A stretch of 64,000 nt of DNA, taken from Spirochaetia bacterium. Lineage in GTDB: Bacteria > Spirochaetota > Spirochaetia > WTKD01 > G963693115. The notes under the pieces were generated by a model. It did no database searches, was not told where the DNA came from, and worked only from the letters and a program-made list of their open reading frames with translations. Position 1 is the stretch's first letter, and every line of letters starts with the position of its first letter. Shown here piece by piece: positions 61,135 through 64,000 of the stretch. The position numbers were made by a program, and so were the translations under genes. The DNA lies in NCBI GenBank assembly GCA_965216965.1, contig CBDCGX010000010.1, forward strand, positions 6,249 to 70,248, written 5' to 3'.

Positions 61135-61202
61135 ATGTATATATATAATTGTTGCATATACTATCTTTTATGTCAATATCTTTGTACAATACTACGTACT
61201 AT

Positions 61203-63920
61203 TTATAATTTCGCCTTATGAATTTCTTTTATTTTCACGTTGTATTCTTTGTCATTAATGGTAAAACTACATAGTTCGTTTAGCTTCCTTTTGTATAACT
61301 TCTTTCCAATTGGTGAAAGATATGATATTATATTCTTTTCAGGTGAAGATTCCCAGGGACCGAGTATGGTAAACTCTTTACGAGCCTTATCGTTGACATT
61401 TTCAAAAATGATGCGAGTTCCAAAGCTCACAAAATCTGTAGAAAGATTATCTTCTTTGAAGATTTTTGCCTGCTCAAGCTCTTGTTTTAAAAGGGCTGCT
61501 CTGGTATTAAGCATTTCCTGATGTTCAAGTGCTGCTTTATATTCTGCATTTTCTTTAAGGTCTCCAAAGGAGCGTGCTTTTTCAATTTCTTTGCTGTTTT
61601 CTGGAACTTCTATCTCATGCAAATGCTGTAGCTCCTTTTGTTTTTTCTTGTATGATTTTTCAAGAGTGAGAAATCCTGTAGAAGAAGTTACATCATCAAT
61701 ATCAAATCCATCATTAAATTCAAAATCAGGGAAGCGTTTTTCAATAATTTCTCGGATAGCGAGTATATGCGATGGAATAATGTCACTTAGCTGACTCAAG
61801 AGAGAATAAAGATATTGTATGTCGTCGAGTTTTTTTGTTTTAAAAACAGTGGTAATTCTATCTGTTGTAAAGAGATAATCTTCTACATGTTGCATAATTC
61901 GTTTGTTTTGAGGAGTATTATGTTTGTTTTGGATATCTCGTGTTATTAGAATGGCTGTTTTAATGATATCTGCATATATTTTAAACACATCTACATCCTC
62001 AAGCCATTTTTTGCTATGCTGGGTAACAGTAAACCAAATAAAAGCATTTTTGGATGATTGACAGTTTTGTTGGAGAGATATATATATTTCTTTTAAAAAA
62101 TCATATTCCTCTTCTTTTTCGAGCAATTTTACTATGTCTGTGGTATAGTGATGCGGAATAAGTTCTATATATAATTCTTTCCAATTGGGACATAAGTCTT
62201 TGATGAGTATAAAGAGCCAGTTTTTGTAATCGGTAATTTGTAGTGTTTGTATAATTGTTTTTAAATTTTTTATTGTTAGTTCTGGTATTATTGTTGCGAG
62301 TGAAAGTTCTAGCTTTTGTTGTGCTGTTTTCATATAATTGCAGACATCATTACATATAAAAAGTGCGTGTACATAGTCTTCTGTAAATGGAAGTTCAGTG
62401 AAAGTATTTGTTTTTGTTTTTAAGTGTGCATTACAATATTCAAACATTTGCCAAAATGCATCAATATATTCATTATCGTCTAAAGAATTAGTTTTTAATG
62501 ATTTTTTAAAGCATTTTGCTTTTCCTACAAACTTTTCTTCCATTCTAAAAAGAGAAAGTACTTTGTCACCATGTCCAATGGGGGTGTTAGAATATGTATA
62601 TTGATCGCTTGTATTTGAGAGCATTTTAAAAGATAAGTTATTTGCAAAGTGCTTTCGTGCTTTTAGGCTCCACGAATTCCATTCTTTTTCGGTTAGTAAT
62701 TGTGGTGTTAGTTCGGATTTTATTGTTTTCATGTTTGCAGAGCCGAGACTTTTTACTATGCGAGTAAGCGTCCACAAAGGATCAGAAAGAATTTTCTCTC
62801 GAAGTTTCTCTTTTGGAAGTACGCTTGAGAGTACTCTAAAGTGGTTCTTTGGTAAGGGTTCAAGAGAGGATACTGCCATTCCAATATCCATTTGATGATT
62901 TCGTTTTTTTGCAAAATCTATGCATAAATAACGGTGCGTTGTTTCTTTTATGCGTCCTATGCCCCATTTATTGTGGTAGACAAAACTATTGGGAGAAAAT
63001 GCGATGTGTTTCTCAAAATCCGAAATTGCCTCGTTAACATTTCTCCAGTTTTGCGAGAGGTTAGACATTCTAATAAAATCTTCAAGTTTGGGGTTGCTTT
63101 TATATTTCTTTCGGTAGACATTAACGAGTTCTTCTCTGTATTGTTCATTGTTTGGTTTTAGTTTAAGTAAGTGTTTTAATACAGTTATTTGTAGATTGAA
63201 ATTATTTGGATGTTGTTCGTATATGGAATCTTTTAAAAGGCATAACAGTTCTTCTGATTTTTCTCCAGCTTGGTTGCGCTCTAGGTTTTGGGTGAACGAA
63301 AAATAAAATTCGGTATCAAGAGAATCATACTGTAGGAGCGTTTTCCATATGTTTTTGGCATTGTCATAATCTTTTTTTAAGAGATAGCGGTTGATAGCTT
63401 TTTTATAGTCTTTTATAGCTTCTTTGATAGTATCATTGTTTTTTGCTTTATGAGATGCTAATTTCACAAGAATATCTGCTTCTTCAAAATCTTCATGTAT
63501 TATAGCTTCCCATATGGGCATAAGTTTTTCGGTTTGTTTGTTTTCTTCATATACGCTGACCAACACTCGTAGAGCATTAAGGCTATTATTGAATGTAAGA
63601 ATTGCTTTTGCAAGTGTTTCCACGCAGTCCCATTTTTTTCCTTCAATAAATATATTGATTAGCTGCATCATGTACATATCGTCAATTGAATTTTGTTCAA
63701 GACGGAACATACCTGCAACGTATAGCCCATAAATGCTATGCTTGTTGTTTTTAAGATGTTCTTTGGCAAACTCAAATAAGGATTCTTTTTCTTTTTCTGA
63801 AAGTGTTTTCAGTAATTCATTTGCTTCGTGAAAAGAATCTTTGGAAAACGACTGGAAATCAGCTCTTGTCCATTGTTCTGTATATACAAGTTTTTTTACT
63901 TGTTCTAATGTTGTACTCAC
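61203..63920 (-). CDS. greA: Transcription elongation factor GreA, long spirochaete/chlamydia type
   Basis: C-terminal ARSFGDLKENAEYKAA, ILGPWES, ISYLSPIG; ~750-aa N-terminal extension. Confidence 0.93.
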   Translation of the reverse strand: MSTTLEQVKKLVYTEQWTRADFQSFSKDSFHEANELLKTLSEKEKESLFEFAKEHLKNNKHSIYGLYVAGMFRLEQNSIDDMYMMQLINIFIEGKKWDCVETLAKAILTFNNSLNALRVLVSVYEENKQTEKLMPIWEAIIHEDFEEADILVKLASHKAKNNDTIKEAIKDYKKAINRYLLKKDYDNAKNIWKTLLQYDSLDTEFYFSFTQNLERNQAGEKSEELLCLLKDSIYEQHPNNFNLQITVLKHLLKLKPNNEQYREELVNVYRKKYKSNPKLEDFIRMSNLSQNWRNVNEAISDFEKHIAFSPNSFVYHNKWGIGRIKETTHRYLCIDFAKKRNHQMDIGMAVSSLEPLPKNHFRVLSSVLPKEKLREKILSDPLWTLTRIVKSLGSANMKTIKSELTPQLLTEKEWNSWSLKARKHFANNLSFKMLSNTSDQYTYSNTPIGHGDKVLSLFRMEEKFVGKAKCFKKSLKTNSLDDNEYIDAFWQMFEYCNAHLKTKTNTFTELPFTEDYVHALFICNDVCNYMKTAQQKLELSLATIIPELTIKNLKTIIQTLQITDYKNWLFILIKDLCPNWKELYIELIPHHYTTDIVKLLEKEEEYDFLKEIYISLQQNCQSSKNAFIWFTVTQHSKKWLEDVDVFKIYADIIKTAILITRDIQNKHNTPQNKRIMQHVEDYLFTTDRITTVFKTKKLDDIQYLYSLLSQLSDIIPSHILAIREIIEKRFPDFEFNDGFDIDDVTSSTGFLTLEKSYKKKQKELQHLHEIEVPENSKEIEKARSFGDLKENAEYKAALEHQEMLNTRAALLKQELEQAKIFKEDNLSTDFVSFGTRIIFENVNDKARKEFTILGPWESSPEKNIISYLSPIGKKLYKRKLNELCSFTINDKEYNVKIKEIHKAKL

Positions 63921-64000
63921 TCATTACACCTCAGTTTTTTATAATCTGCACGCATGTAGATTATAATAATTATATTATCATTTGCTATTATAGCGTGTTT

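Noticed and set aside
60923-61221. Plus-strand ORFs 60923-61123 and 61015-61221
   Set aside because: They overlap the antisense of tRNA-Asn; spurious.
61203-63920. 905-aa GreA as a novel fusion
   Set aside because: Long GreA proteins with N-terminal extensions are established in spirochaetes and chlamydiae.

Overview
AT-rich bacterial chromosome segment, most likely from a spirochaete. The pointers are an alpha operon without rpsD, no adk/map/infA after secY, a 905-aa GreA, a SpiroCoCo-like coiled coil and a stand-alone DbpA-domain protein. Most of the window is housekeeping: the S10/spc/alpha ribosomal cluster, tkt, sppA, clpS-clpA, rho, rpmE, an M16C peptidase, fba, a MoxR/Bat cluster, grpE-dnaK-dnaJ, tRNA-Gly, tig-clpP-clpX-argF, nrnA, tRNA-Asn and greA. 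About 13 small frameshifts in conserved genes look like long-read assembly errors. The most interesting region is a ~6.2-kb metal/metalloid island (~52380-58591). It sits between two copies of a ~1.2-kb chromosomal segment (clpX 3' end, argF, 5' end of a hypothetical gene) that have decayed reciprocally. The island carries an atypical Cys-Cys CsoR-family repressor ahead of a four-gene MacB/FtsX-type ABC module, a probable serine-recombinase relic, and a divergent ArsR-ArsP-(DGC)-thioredoxin module. Other notable items: a tandem triplet of TM2-domain genes, a SAM-methyltransferase/RNase HI fusion hinging on an A9 run, a bacterial SMUG1 glycosylase, an orphan gene behind a sigma28-like promoter, and a non-CIRCE inverted repeat before a Cys-rich GrpE. 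All family assignments come from motif recognition by eye; no searches were run.
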